From assembly GCA_035541435.1 (NCBI GenBank), contig DATKNL010000002.1, forward strand, positions 67,962 to 131,961: 64,000 nt of DNA, in the 5' to 3' direction. Positions 54,042-63,336 of this stretch are shown piece by piece (the first letter of the stretch is position 1; each line of letters begins with the position of its first letter). The position numbers were made by a program, and so were the translations under genes. The notes below the pieces were generated by a model. That model saw nothing but the letters and a program-made list of their open reading frames with translations. It was not told the DNA's origin and searched no databases. This DNA is from Minisyncoccota bacterium. GTDB taxonomy: Bacteria; Patescibacteriota; Minisyncoccia; UBA6257; 2-01-FULL-56-20.

Positions 54042-54162
54042 GAAAATATTATGTCACATGAGATGGCGCAATGCAAGTCGCGCGCCCGCCCCGCTTCTTT
54101 GACACCCCGGCGTCCGGGCGTACAATCGAATCAGGACGTGAATTTCGGATTGGAGGTGGACG

Positions 54163-54354
54163 ATGAAAGGCTTGATCGGCTTGGCGCTCCTCATTGCGTG
54201 TGTCTTCTATTTCGTGCTGGGAAAGGACGGACACGGAACGATCTCGCCGCTCGGGTTCTTCGTTGCGACAGGTGCGTTCCTTGTCGGCATCGGATGGATC
54301 CTCTTCGACAATATCCCGAACCGTCCGCCGCGGTCGGCGGCGGAAAGAAAATAG
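54163..54354 (+). CDS. Small membrane protein (63 aa), hypothetical
   Basis: GGAGGTGGACG RBS 5 nt before the ATG, two TM helices, followed by a hairpin/T-run at ~54370-54405. Confidence 0.4.
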   Translation: MKGLIGLALLIACVFYFVLGKDGHGTISPLGFFVATGAFLVGIGWILFDNIPNRPPRSAAERK

Positions 54355-54401
54355 ACAGCCAGGAAGACGAGGTCTCGCCATGAGACCTCGTTTTTGTTTC
54401 T

Positions 54402-55349
54402 TCAATCGCCGTATCCGATCTTTTTCCCGTTCTTCTCGTAACCGATCTTCACGAGTCCGCCGTTCCAATAGTGCAGGTCGGTGGCTTTCAGAAATTTCTC
54501 ACCACATTCGCCGAGGGTAACGTCCCACTCCTTCAGCGCCCTTTGCTTCGGCGCAGGGTCGTGATGCGTGAGGAGCCCGATCGAACGCCAATACATCCTC
54601 CGCTCCTGCCGCCGCGGCCCGAATAGGCCAAGGATGGCGCGACGAGCGTGATGCACTGGTTCGCGCTCAACGAGGCGGTAGACGTGCTCGAGGGCAGCCG
54701 CACGGATCAGGTTTTCGCTCGGCAGCGTCACGGCCTTCACGACGGCCTGCTTGAACCGGAGCGCGAACACCCGTTCGAGATAGATCATCCTGTCCTCATA
54801 CCAGAACGCTTCCGCATGCTCGTCAAAAAATTCCCGGTAGCGGATCGGGAACAGTCCGAACCGCATCGCCCATTTCACGTCGACGACGAAGAAGTCGAGC
54901 GACATGCCGATCTTGAACATGTTGCCCTCGAGCTTCGTCCCCCACGCGCACACCGCAAGCGGCTTCTTCTCGTTCCGCATGCCTGTTATGATTTTTTCGA
55001 CATAGTTCGGCTTGACGCACCACGTGTCCGATGCGAGCACGACGACGTAATCGATGTGAGGATGTTTCGTCGCGAAGCGTTCCAGTCCGGCGTTGAGCAG
55101 GAGTTCCGCGCCGCCGAAGTGGCCGGGGTTTTCGAGCCGCAGCAGGTCGTCCTCGAGATAGCGCTCGGGCCACCACGAGGCTTCGCCGTTGAACGCGTGG
55201 ACGACGGTCGCTTCGCGCAGAAGTTCGGACTTCCCCCAGACGTTGCGGATGATCTCAAGGTTCACCCGCGCGTCGTCGACGCGGTTGTGCGTATAGATGA
55301 GGACGCCGACATTGCTCGTGGCCGTGTCGCGTCCGGTGTTTCCGTCCAT
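54402..55349 (-). CDS. Hypothetical protein, possibly glycosyltransferase-like, immediately downstream of the giant surface-protein gene
   Basis: Start reassigned to MDGNTGRDTA at 55349. Single globular domain with DxD-like segments; no confident family. Confidence 0.45.
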   Translation of the reverse strand: MDGNTGRDTATSNVGVLIYTHNRVDDARVNLEIIRNVWGKSELLREATVVHAFNGEASWWPERYLEDDLLRLENPGHFGGAELLLNAGLERFATKHPHIDYVVVLASDTWCVKPNYVEKIITGMRNEKKPLAVCAWGTKLEGNMFKIGMSLDFFVVDVKWAMRFGLFPIRYREFFDEHAEAFWYEDRMIYLERVFALRFKQAVVKAVTLPSENLIRAAALEHVYRLVEREPVHHARRAILGLFGPRRQERRMYWRSIGLLTHHDPAPKQRALKEWDVTLGECGEKFLKATDLHYWNGGLVKIGYEKNGKKIGYGD

Positions 55350-55514
55350 GCACTCACTATAACAAAACGATTCCCGTCCGCCTCCCGCCAAGAACGCAAA
55401 AACCCCGCAGAGCGGGGTTTTTGCTTGGTGCCATCGTGGCTCGCGCTTCGCGGAACCGGTTGGCTTCCGTGCACGGGGCGATGCGCCTGCTGCAGCAGTC
55501 GCATGCGCTGGCCG

Positions 55515-58412
55515 TTACGGAAGCGGCGGAACCGCGAGGTTGAGCGCCGGGCACTCGATCAGGTTGATCCACCGCTGGGTCGTCTTATAGACGTAGTCCG
55601 TCGGTGTGAATTCCGTCTCGAGGCCGTAGGGCAGCCAGGGGCGAAGCACCTCGATGTGGTACTTCACCTGGAACTGGTCGACGGCTGCGATCGTGTCCGA
55701 ACCGTAATACCCGGTGACCGGAAGGCCGATGCCGAGGTTCTGGTTCAGGAAGAGTTGCAGCTTGCGGACTTCGGCGGGATCGTTCAGATCCTTGCGGATC
55801 GGATGGATGTACTGCGTGAGATAGATGCCGCAGCTTTCGCCGAGGACCTGGCCGGTCGTACTCGTGCTCGTGCCGAGCACCTGTCCGCCGCCACCGCCAC
55901 CGCCGTTGCCGCCGCCTCCACCTCCGCCTCCGCCACCTCCGCCGCCGGTGCCGCCCGCGACCGTGATGGTCGAGGACGCCGTGTTGTTGCCGACGTTCGG
56001 GTCAAGGACCCTGTTCGATTCGCCGACATGCGCGACGTTCGTGATCGCCTGTCCCGCGGTCCCCTGGTTGACCGTCGCCGTGATGACGAGGGTCACCTGG
56101 TGGCCGCTCGCGAGGTCGCCGATCGCCCACGCGCCCGTCGAGGTCGCGTACGTCCCCTGCGACGTGGTCGCCGAGACGAGCGTGAGCCCCGCGGGAAGCG
56201 TGTCGGTCGCGACTGCGCCGAACGATTCCGAAGGACCGAGGCCGGACACGGTCACCGTATAATGGATCGTCGATCCCTCATTCGGTGTCGCGTTGTCCAC
56301 GGATTTCGCGATGCCGATTTCGGCCGTGGGGATTCCTCCCCCGCCGCCACCGCCACCGCCTCCCCCGCCGCCGCCTCCACCACCGCCACCTCCGCCTCCG
56401 CCGCCATTCGTCTGAATGACGATCGAAACCGACGAGGTGTTGTTGCTCATGTTGGCGTCGGTCGAGCTGGACGACTCGCCGATCGTGGCGACGTTCGTGA
56501 TCGTCTGTCCCGCCGTCCCGGCATTGACCGTCGCCGTGATGACGAGGGTCGCCGTCGCGTTCGCGGGCATGTCGCCCACGACCCACGCGCCCGTCGAGGT
56601 CGCGTACGTCCCCTGCGACGTGGTCGCCGAGACGAACGTGAGCCCTGCGGGAAGCGTGTCGGTCGCGACGACCCCGGTCGAGGTCGCGGGACCGAGCGCC
56701 GAAGCGGCGAGCGTGAAGTTCACGGTGTCGCCCTCTTTCGGATTGCCGTTGTCGACGGTCTTCATGATCGCGATGTCGGCAGTCGTGGTCGGCGTTCCGC
56801 CGCCACCCCCGCCGCCCCCGCCACCGCCGCCGTTATTCGACTGCACGGCGAGGGTCGCGCTTGCGCTGTCGTTCGCGCCGTTCGAATCGTGCACGCCCGA
56901 GCCCTGCGAGACGGTCGCGGTGTTCACGATCGTCTGGCCCGCCGTCCCCGACGCCACGGTAGCCGTGATCGTGAGGGTGAGGCTGGAGCTCGGCGTGAGC
57001 GTCCCGATCGTCCAGAGGCCGGTCGAGCTCGCGAACGAGCCGCCGGTCGCGCTGGCCGAGACGAAGTCGAGCCCTGCGGGGAGCGTGTCGCTTGCGACGA
57101 CGCCCGGCGCGTTGCTCGGACCCGCGTTCGAGACGGTCACCGCGTAATGCACGGTGTCGCCCTCCTTCGGGTTCGCGTTGTCGACGGACTTCGCCACCGC
57201 GAGGTCGTCGGTCTGCTGGCCGACGGCCGGGTTCACGCTGATCGTCACGCTCGCGCTATCGTTGCCGATCGTCGCGGTGTTCGTGATCTGCATGCCCGAC
57301 TCGTTTCCGTTGATCTTCGCCGTGATGACGAGGTCGGCCGTCGCGCCCGAGGCGATGTCGCCGATCGTCCACGCGCCCGTCGAGGAGGCATAGCTGCCTT
57401 CCGACGAGCTGGCGCTGACGAACGTGAGGCCCGCGGGCATGACGTCGGTTGCCACGACGCTTGTCGCGTCGACGGCAGCCGTGTCGGTCACCGTGACCGT
57501 GTAATGGATCACGTCGCCCGCGAACGGGGTGCCGTTGTCGACGGTCTTCGTGAGCGTGAAGCTCGGCGTGGTCGAGGTCGACGTTCCGCCGCCCCCGCCT
57601 CCGCCGTTGCCGCCGCTCCCCGATCCGCAGCCTGCGCTCGCGGAGCCGGAGCCGCTCGAGCTTGCGCTCGAACTGGCGCTCGAACCCGTTCCCGACGACG
57701 AGCTGGTGCTCGTCGTGTTCGAGCTCGATGAGCTCGACGCGGTACTGGTGCACGAACCCGAGCCGGAGCTCGAGGACGACGAGGACGATCCGGAACCGGA
57801 ACCCGATCCCGAACCTGAGCTCGTCGAGCTCGAATTGCCGCCGTTGCCCGTCGTTCCCGTCGTGCTGCCCGAACCCGAACCGCTTGACGCGGTCGAGCTT
57901 GCGCTCGAACCCGAGGTTGAACCCGAGGACGAGGAGCTCGACGCGTTGCCATCCGTTCCGGACGCGCTTGCGGTGCTCGAGCTGTTCCCCGAAGCCGACC
58001 CGGAGGTCGTGCTCGAGGCGCTGCCGTTTCCGGCTGAGCTCGAGGTGCTCGAGGAATTCGAGGCGCTCGCGGTGCCCGACGTCGATGACGCCGATGTGCC
58101 GCTCGGGCCCGAAGAGCTCGACGCGGTGCTCGAAGCGCTCGCGCTCGAACTCGAACCGGAGCTCGAGCTTGAGGACGAGGTGGAACTCGTGTTCCCGCCC
58201 GTGCCCGAACTCGATGCCGCGCTCGAACCGTTATCCGATGTCAAGCTCGTCGCCGAACCCGCCACGGTCTGGCTCACAGCCTGGTCCGTAACGCCTGCCG
58301 CGCGCGCGACTGAAAGGTGACCGGCAACGGTGACTGCGGCGAACGCCCCCATGAGGAAGACTCCCTCGATGACGGCGATGCCGATAAGCAATTTCTTTAT
58401 TGCCTGTATCAT
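55515..58412 (-). CDS. Large secreted cell-surface protein: signal peptide, ~260-aa Ser/Thr/Gly-rich low-complexity region, 4x DUF11 repeats separated by poly-Gly linkers, C-terminal peptidoglycan-binding-like domain
   Basis: DUF11 signature repeated four times (TVDNG.P..GD...Y...V...GP....V.A.D.LPAGL.FVSA..S.G.YA.STG.W.IG....). Gly runs of 12-25 residues encoded by GGN/CCN DNA tracts. C-terminus VRKLQLFLNQNLGIGLPVTGYYGSDTIAAVDQFQ resembles PG_binding_1. Confidence 0.8.
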   Translation of the reverse strand: MIQAIKKLLIGIAVIEGVFLMGAFAAVTVAGHLSVARAAGVTDQAVSQTVAGSATSLTSDNGSSAASSSGTGGNTSSTSSSSSSSGSSSSASASSTASSSSGPSGTSASSTSGTASASNSSSTSSSAGNGSASSTTSGSASGNSSSTASASGTDGNASSSSSSGSTSGSSASSTASSGSGSGSTTGTTGNGGNSSSTSSGSGSGSGSGSSSSSSSSGSGSCTSTASSSSSSNTTSTSSSSGTGSSASSSASSSGSGSASAGCGSGSGGNGGGGGGGTSTSTTPSFTLTKTVDNGTPFAGDVIHYTVTVTDTAAVDATSVVATDVMPAGLTFVSASSSEGSYASSTGAWTIGDIASGATADLVITAKINGNESGMQITNTATIGNDSASVTISVNPAVGQQTDDLAVAKSVDNANPKEGDTVHYAVTVSNAGPSNAPGVVASDTLPAGLDFVSASATGGSFASSTGLWTIGTLTPSSSLTLTITATVASGTAGQTIVNTATVSQGSGVHDSNGANDSASATLAVQSNNGGGGGGGGGGGGTPTTTADIAIMKTVDNGNPKEGDTVNFTLAASALGPATSTGVVATDTLPAGLTFVSATTSQGTYATSTGAWVVGDMPANATATLVITATVNAGTAGQTITNVATIGESSSSTDANMSNNTSSVSIVIQTNGGGGGGGGGGGGGGGGGGGGGGGGIPTAEIGIAKSVDNATPNEGSTIHYTVTVSGLGPSESFGAVATDTLPAGLTLVSATTSQGTYATSTGAWAIGDLASGHQVTLVITATVNQGTAGQAITNVAHVGESNRVLDPNVGNNTASSTITVAGGTGGGGGGGGGGGGGNGGGGGGGQVLGTSTSTTGQVLGESCGIYLTQYIHPIRKDLNDPAEVRKLQLFLNQNLGIGLPVTGYYGSDTIAAVDQFQVKYHIEVLRPWLPYGLETEFTPTDYVYKTTQRWINLIECPALNLAVPPLP

Positions 58413-58743
58413 TTCAATCTTATTGGTTTTTTTGCGACTCTTTCACAAACAAAATTTAGGTGTAAAAGGGCCACAAAAAAAGAATTGGTAAGGTGCTAAA
58501 AACTTAACGCTACTGGACGCATTTTTACCACATATGCGGCAATTGCGCAAGGGTTCCTTGTGGGACGAGCGTGCGTTTTCCGCATGTTTGCCGCGCCGAA
58601 GGGAGCATGCCGTCCACCGCCTGCAGATACCTACGGAATGATTGCCATCCTCGTTTCCCGCGACCTCGACGCCTTCCCGCAACCCGTTTGCTCCGCAAGA
58701 AGGATTAGCGTAGGATAGGAAGGTTCTCGGCATTCGTCGCCGC

Positions 58744-58814
58744 GCGGGTATGGTTCAGTGGCAGAACGCGACCTTCCCAAGGTTGAGATACGGGTTCGAT
58801 TCCCGTTACCCGCT
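58744..58814 (+). tRNA. tRNA-Gly (anticodon CCC)
   Basis: Manual fold: acceptor GCGGGUA/UACCCGC, D-arm GUUC-AGUGGCA-GAAC, anticodon loop UUCCCAA giving CCC, T-arm ACGGG-UUCGAUU-CCCGU, discriminator U. Confidence 0.85.
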
Positions 58815-58825
58815 CATATAAAAAA

Positions 58826-58856
58826 GAGGAACCTCGGAAAGAGGTTCCTCTTTTTT
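58826..58856 (+). terminator. Rho-independent terminator after tRNA-Gly
   Basis: Perfect 10-bp stem GAGGAACCTC/GAGGTTCCTC, GGAAA loop, TTTTTT. Confidence 0.8.
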
Positions 58857-58874
58857 ATATTCAGTTGGCGACGG

Positions 58875-58915
58875 GAATCGAACGAGCGGAGGGGGTCGGG
58901 GAACCGCGGCCGGTT
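58875..58915 (+). repeat. tRNA-adjacent ~40-nt repeat, copy 2 (contains perfect GGGGAACCG-CGGC-CGGTTCCCC hairpin)
   Basis: GAATCGAACGAGCGGAGGGGGTCGGGGAACCGCGGCCGGTT matches 22082-22121 apart from one extra G. Confidence 0.55.
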
Positions 58916-59031
58916 CCCCGTGTCGGAGGGCCGCCGTCTTCGGCGGCAGTGCGGCACCGAGGGTGCCGCAGGCGCAGCGAGGCCGGAGGCCGAGCGAGCA
59001 GTGAGATTCCCGCCGCATCGCTTGACCGACC

Positions 59032-59060
59032 AACGGTCAGATACTATGATATTCGCGGCA
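59032..59060 (+). promoter_or_regulatory. Promoter TTGACC-N17-TATGAT for gene 59078
   Basis: Hexamers at 17-bp spacing, 17 nt upstream of a GGAGGA-ATG start. Confidence 0.4.
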
Positions 59061-59077
59061 TTGCGGGAGGATATCGC

Positions 59078-59431
59078 ATGTATCATTGGATGATCGTCTG
59101 CCTGGGGGTATCCAATATCTCTCTCGATCACGCGATGCGAGAGTCCCTTATGGCCGCAGTGGAAGAAATGGCATTATCTTCCAAAACCCAACACTCTTTC
59201 AAAAGCGATACGGGAGAAGGCCAGGTCCGCAAGGTGAGCGACTTCGTATCATTCTTCGGCGAAGGCGGCCCGTGCTTCGCGGCTGAAGTCGACACTGATC
59301 GCGGGACCGGAAAAGCATCCTTCATCGTGCCCCAACGATATATCGACGCTGTTGCTGCGGGAGCTAAGTTCGATGGCGGGTTTTCGCTCGAACTTGATCC
59401 CAAGCAATCCAGACGGGCACAGTGGAATTAA
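59078..59431 (+). CDS. Hypothetical protein (117 aa) at the edge of the lower-GC island
   Basis: Start reassigned to ATG 59078 with GGAGGA RBS. The ORF-track N-terminal extension overlaps the repeat/hairpin region and is Arg/Gly-rich noise. Confidence 0.45.
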   Translation: MYHWMIVCLGVSNISLDHAMRESLMAAVEEMALSSKTQHSFKSDTGEGQVRKVSDFVSFFGEGGPCFAAEVDTDRGTGKASFIVPQRYIDAVAAGAKFDGGFSLELDPKQSRRAQWN

Positions 59432-59526
59432 CAGAATCGTTTTCCGGACGAGATCGTGACGGGAATCTTCCAATAAGCCGCGACGGAGATGTCGCGGCTT
59501 TTTTTATCAAAAGCGCCGATCCGACA

Positions 59527-62500
59527 TCATCGATTCAGCACCCTTACCACCCCCTCGTTTGCGTCAACCTCAATCCAGTCGCCGTCATTTATCACGTCGG
59601 TAGCTATTCTGGTGCCGATAACGCAAGGCTTCTTAAACTCCCTCGCAATAATGGCGGCGTGACTCGTGACTCCGCCTTCGTCGGTGACGAAAGCGGCCGA
59701 TCTTTTCATCGCCGGCAGATAGTCGGGCATCGTCATGGGACTAATCAGGATCTCGCCCTCTTTCAAGGTCGGCACATCCTTAAGGCTCATGATTTTTCTT
59801 GCAATGCCGCGAACTTTACCCCGGTGAGCGGATTGGCCCGAAAACTCCTTGATAGCGTCAGGCGCCTCAGAAACAATGGCGATATTAAATTTTTCTTCCA
59901 TTTCCCTAACACCCGCACCGACGAATAATGTTGCATCCGCAAAGGAATAGCTCTTCGTCCTGGCCTTCAATTCCCTCAATGAGGGCAGCTCCTTGGAATT
60001 GATTTCTTCGATGGTCAAAGCCGCCGAGAGCTTGCCTAGTTTTGGGAATATTTTAAGCAGTGAATTTCTTATCACGATGTCGCCATTCGGCACCATCGTT
60101 TCAGTGGAAACCCTAGCCCTTTTAACAATACGAAACGCTTTGCTGGTCGAACTTGCCATTTCCATCGTCCACCATACCGATTCGAACCAGGCCCACGCAT
60201 CCTCCAGATGAGCCATGAAGCTGACCAGCGTCTTATGGTTCAGCGTTCTTTTCCCTTTCCAAATTGGCTCGATATCCTTCGCCCTTTTATAAAATTCTCT
60301 TACGCATTTCTCGACGAACTTTTTATCCCTTTTCATGGACCTTCTCAGTTCGCCTTTTATCCAATCGATCCCTGCCTCATCGAGATAATCAGTAACCAGG
60401 CCATTCTCTCTGACGAAGATTTGATAAGGCAGCCTTGGATTGGTTCTGGCCGTCCATTGCCTTGGATTGGTAGTTTCAGCTCGGCACCACATCTGAATGA
60501 TCGGCAGGCAAAAATCTCGGACATAGGATTTGACATAGGTGCCTCTGATTTTCTTGCCCGATCCCGAGACGCTCGATCCCGCTATCCTTCTAACCCTTCC
60601 CTTGTCTGCATCGACCTCCACCATGTCGCCGTCCTTAAAGAATTCTGTCGCTATCTTCGTTCCGATGATGCAGGGTTTTCTAAGTTCCCTGGCAACGATT
60701 CCAGCGTGACACGTTATTCCACCTTCATCCGTGACAAAAGCCAGCGCCTTCTTCATAGCCGGCAAGAAGTCCGGCGTAGTCATAGGAGATACGATCACGT
60801 CGCCTTCTTTGACTTCCCCAACCTGATCCCGTCGCCGGAGTATCTTCACGCGGCCAACCACTCTGCCTTTTTGGGCTATTTCTCCGGCAATGACATTAGG
60901 ATCATTGATAGCGATGGATTCCTTTTCAAATGAGAATTGAGGATTTACATTTTCAAAGTCAGACAAGGTGCCAATAAAATGGTTTTTACCCTGAACAATA
61001 AGCGAGTGCCGCTTGCGGTCCTTCAGTGTCCTGTTGGCAGGAATCTTCCTAAGTTCGCTGATAAAAATCGCGGTTTCATAATGTTTTGCCCGCGGATATA
61101 AAGCGGAGATGCTGTCCATTATTACGATGTCATTTCGCGCAAAGAACTCATCCTTATTGCGCATCGCAAGAGCCTTTTTTCTGATGGGTTTTGGCGTTTT
61201 GTCGTCAACGGCGGAATAGTAATAAGCAATGAAGTAAGGGATTGCTTCCTTGGAAAGCTCAATGAGTTTAATGAGCTTACTCATCGGAAGCGGCGCCATC
61301 TTCCACAGTTCATGAATCGCATCGAGCCTGATTCTATATTCCCCGAGGATCTTGTCGATAAATTTCGGATTTCTTCTGTTTTCCTTCAAAATGGCATTTT
61401 CCAACCATTCGGTGGCTTTTACGTTCTCCCAAATTTCGATGCTTCCCTGATTCATGTAATGGATAATCCCAGGCAGATAAGGGTTCTTCCAACCAAATTC
61501 TCCTTCGACACCGTCAGAACATCCGAATGCCCATATCTCCTGCATGATATAGGTGGTATCACGGGTATATATCTTTTTGAACTTTATAGGATCGTCTTTT
61601 TCCTTCTTTGGCCAAGACAACGTCGTAATGGGCCGCGACTGCACGATATAAAATTTTCCCTTTTCCAAGGCCCATTCAATATCACACGGAAAACCATATT
61701 GGTCTTCGATGCGAAGAATCAATTTCGACAACTCGAGGATTTGCTTGTCGGGAAGAGCTTGCTTACCTGCTTTCGATTTGGAAATATCTTTCCACTCGTT
61801 TTCGCCCCTCGGCAAACGATAGAGTCCTCTGCCTTTTTTCGGGATTATCCGCTCAATAATTTTTCTTGGTTCTTTTTCGATTACATAGCTATCAGGAGTG
61901 ACTTGGCCGGAAACGATTGCTTCGCCCAACCCATAGCTTGCCTCGATGATAAGCTGGTTGCGATCCTGCGTTACTGGATGGACCGAAAAGGCGACGCCCG
62001 AAACCTCGCTCTCGACCATCTTTTGAACGACCACGGCGACGGAAATTTTTTCGGCGCGAAGCCCCTTCTCGAAGCGGTAGAAAATGGCGCGGGGCGTAAA
62101 GAGTGACGCCCAGCAGCGTTTCACATTTTCTAAAAGATTGCCTCCAGTGGTATTTAAAAAGCTATCCAGCTGCCCCGCCCACGCCGCCGATGAGCCGTCC
62201 TCGGCCGTTGCGCTGGAACGCACCGCGACGAATTTAGCTCCCAATTTCTTGAAGTTTCTTTTGATCTCCATGGCGACGTCCTCTGGCATTTCAGTGCCGA
62301 TAATGATCGCCCTGATTTCCTCGGATGCCCGCTCGACGCTGGCCGTGTTTCGATGCTTTATCTTATGCAAAATGGCATCTATGTCAGCTGCAATCCCCTG
62401 CTCTTCAATGAACTTTTCGAAGGCTGTCGAAAGAATGACGAAACCGGACGGAACCGGAAGGCCCGCTTGCGTCATTTCCCCAAGTGACGCTCCCTTGCCA

Positions 62501-62556
62501 CCAGCAAGCGCGACATCCTTTTTGCTCAACCCTTCAAAGTCCCGCGAGAATTCCAT
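59527..62556 (-). CDS. PEP-synthase / rifampin-phosphotransferase-like protein: N-terminal PPDK_N ATP-grasp nucleotide-binding domain plus two PEP-utilizing-enzyme mobile (phospho-His swivel) domains; no PEP/pyruvate TIM-barrel domain
   Basis: 1009 aa. N-terminus (ALAGGKGASLGEMTQAGLPVP...VAVRSSATAEDG...) is PpsA/PPDK_N-like. Swivel 1 ~aa 575-680 (GDVIVSPMTTPDFLPAMKKALAFVTDEGGITCHAGIVARELRKPCIIG) and swivel 2 ~aa 905-1009 (GEILISPMTMPDYLPAMKRSAAFVTDEGGVTSHAAIIAREFKKPCVIG), each preceded by a helical region. The gene is visibly AT-richer than the genome background. Confidence 0.75.
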   Translation of the reverse strand: MEFSRDFEGLSKKDVALAGGKGASLGEMTQAGLPVPSGFVILSTAFEKFIEEQGIAADIDAILHKIKHRNTASVERASEEIRAIIIGTEMPEDVAMEIKRNFKKLGAKFVAVRSSATAEDGSSAAWAGQLDSFLNTTGGNLLENVKRCWASLFTPRAIFYRFEKGLRAEKISVAVVVQKMVESEVSGVAFSVHPVTQDRNQLIIEASYGLGEAIVSGQVTPDSYVIEKEPRKIIERIIPKKGRGLYRLPRGENEWKDISKSKAGKQALPDKQILELSKLILRIEDQYGFPCDIEWALEKGKFYIVQSRPITTLSWPKKEKDDPIKFKKIYTRDTTYIMQEIWAFGCSDGVEGEFGWKNPYLPGIIHYMNQGSIEIWENVKATEWLENAILKENRRNPKFIDKILGEYRIRLDAIHELWKMAPLPMSKLIKLIELSKEAIPYFIAYYYSAVDDKTPKPIRKKALAMRNKDEFFARNDIVIMDSISALYPRAKHYETAIFISELRKIPANRTLKDRKRHSLIVQGKNHFIGTLSDFENVNPQFSFEKESIAINDPNVIAGEIAQKGRVVGRVKILRRRDQVGEVKEGDVIVSPMTTPDFLPAMKKALAFVTDEGGITCHAGIVARELRKPCIIGTKIATEFFKDGDMVEVDADKGRVRRIAGSSVSGSGKKIRGTYVKSYVRDFCLPIIQMWCRAETTNPRQWTARTNPRLPYQIFVRENGLVTDYLDEAGIDWIKGELRRSMKRDKKFVEKCVREFYKRAKDIEPIWKGKRTLNHKTLVSFMAHLEDAWAWFESVWWTMEMASSTSKAFRIVKRARVSTETMVPNGDIVIRNSLLKIFPKLGKLSAALTIEEINSKELPSLRELKARTKSYSFADATLFVGAGVREMEEKFNIAIVSEAPDAIKEFSGQSAHRGKVRGIARKIMSLKDVPTLKEGEILISPMTMPDYLPAMKRSAAFVTDEGGVTSHAAIIAREFKKPCVIGTRIATDVINDGDWIEVDANEGVVRVLNR

Positions 62557-62664
62557 GTTGAACTTATCTTAGGCCATCCTTGGTGATTTTCCAAAACTCC
62601 GGCTTCGAAGGCCGCGGCGTGATCAAATTAAAAGCACCTCCCCTTGGGAAGGTGCTTCGTCCGT

Positions 62665-63180
62665 TCAATCGGCATCGGCAGTCGTCTTCATCATCCCCAA
62701 CCGGATGATTTCATTACTGCCGGAGTCGACAGGCGGAAAACCGATCAGTTCCTCGCCGCGCTGATGCGCCGCAACGGCGCCCGCGTGAATCGCCCGGAGC
62801 GTGTCCCGCGCCCATCCTTCAGGCACAAACATGTCCTCGAGCGGCTGCTTGAGCTCCTCGCCGAACGAGAAAACCCACGGCGGCTCGCCGCGGCCGCCCG
62901 GCTGATGGTACGGCACGTCGACGCCATACAGTCCGTCGCCGAAGGAATACCTGAAGACCTTTTTGCGCGGCGGCGCCTCGGTTCTGTTGATCGTCCGGTT
63001 GTACCGTGCGAGCGCTGCGAAGTGCTGAACAAGCGCAGCGAGCGTCGGCCTATAGCTGAGCCTCCTGAACAGGGCCACGCCAAGGGCCACTTCGCGGACT
63101 TCGGTCAGCTTGCACCAATACCAACGGTTCAAGGATGGAAGCCAATAGGTTACGGGTCGAACCACGATGGGATCGTCCAT
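62665..63180 (-). CDS. Hypothetical protein (171 aa)
   Basis: High-GC ORF with Trp-rich N-terminus; hairpin terminator-like structure just downstream (62622-62650). Confidence 0.4.
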   Translation of the reverse strand: MDDPIVVRPVTYWLPSLNRWYWCKLTEVREVALGVALFRRLSYRPTLAALVQHFAALARYNRTINRTEAPPRKKVFRYSFGDGLYGVDVPYHQPGGRGEPPWVFSFGEELKQPLEDMFVPEGWARDTLRAIHAGAVAAHQRGEELIGFPPVDSGSNEIIRLGMMKTTADAD

Positions 63181-63295
63181 GATTATCCTCCTGCCGCAGA
63201 GCGCGGCGCTAGCAGAGAATTTACTGACTACATCTTAGCACGAAGTCGAAACGGGCGCCCGCAAAGACTTCCAAGATATAAAGTGCATTCTAAAC

Positions 63296-63323
63296 AAAAA
63301 ACGGCCATCCATAACGGATGGCC
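63296..63323 (-). terminator. Rho-independent terminator for gene 63337-63954
   Basis: GGCCATCC-ATAAC-GGATGGCC hairpin; on the minus strand it is followed by a U-run (plus-strand AAAAAA 63296-63301). Confidence 0.5.
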
Positions 63324-63336
63324 GAATGTTATTCCC

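Noticed and set aside
52032-54383. 783-aa plus-strand ORF spanning dnaG and CAP-gene region; also 50223-51515 (+) antisense to rpoD
   Set aside because: Antisense to well-supported DnaG/RpoD/CAP-domain genes. Arg-rich composition.
55860-56410. Considered whether the repeated GGN/CCN tracts and repeated DUF11 modules were a CRISPR-like array
   Set aside because: Repeats are in-frame coding repeats (poly-Gly linkers plus protein domain repeats), are not of constant length, and have no spacer/repeat periodicity. No CRISPR array anywhere in the window.
54648-57731. 1027-aa plus-strand ORF opposite the DUF11 surface-protein gene
   Set aside because: Poly-Pro/Arg translation of the antisense of GGN repeats. 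The minus-strand product has coherent domain architecture.
58859-58935. Tested whether the tRNA-adjacent 40-nt repeat is itself a (pseudo)tRNA on the minus strand, because it contains GAATCGAAC (reverse complement of a T-loop)
   Set aside because: No T-stem or acceptor-stem pairing can be formed around the T-loop-like segment, so it was treated as a repeat element rather than a tRNA gene.
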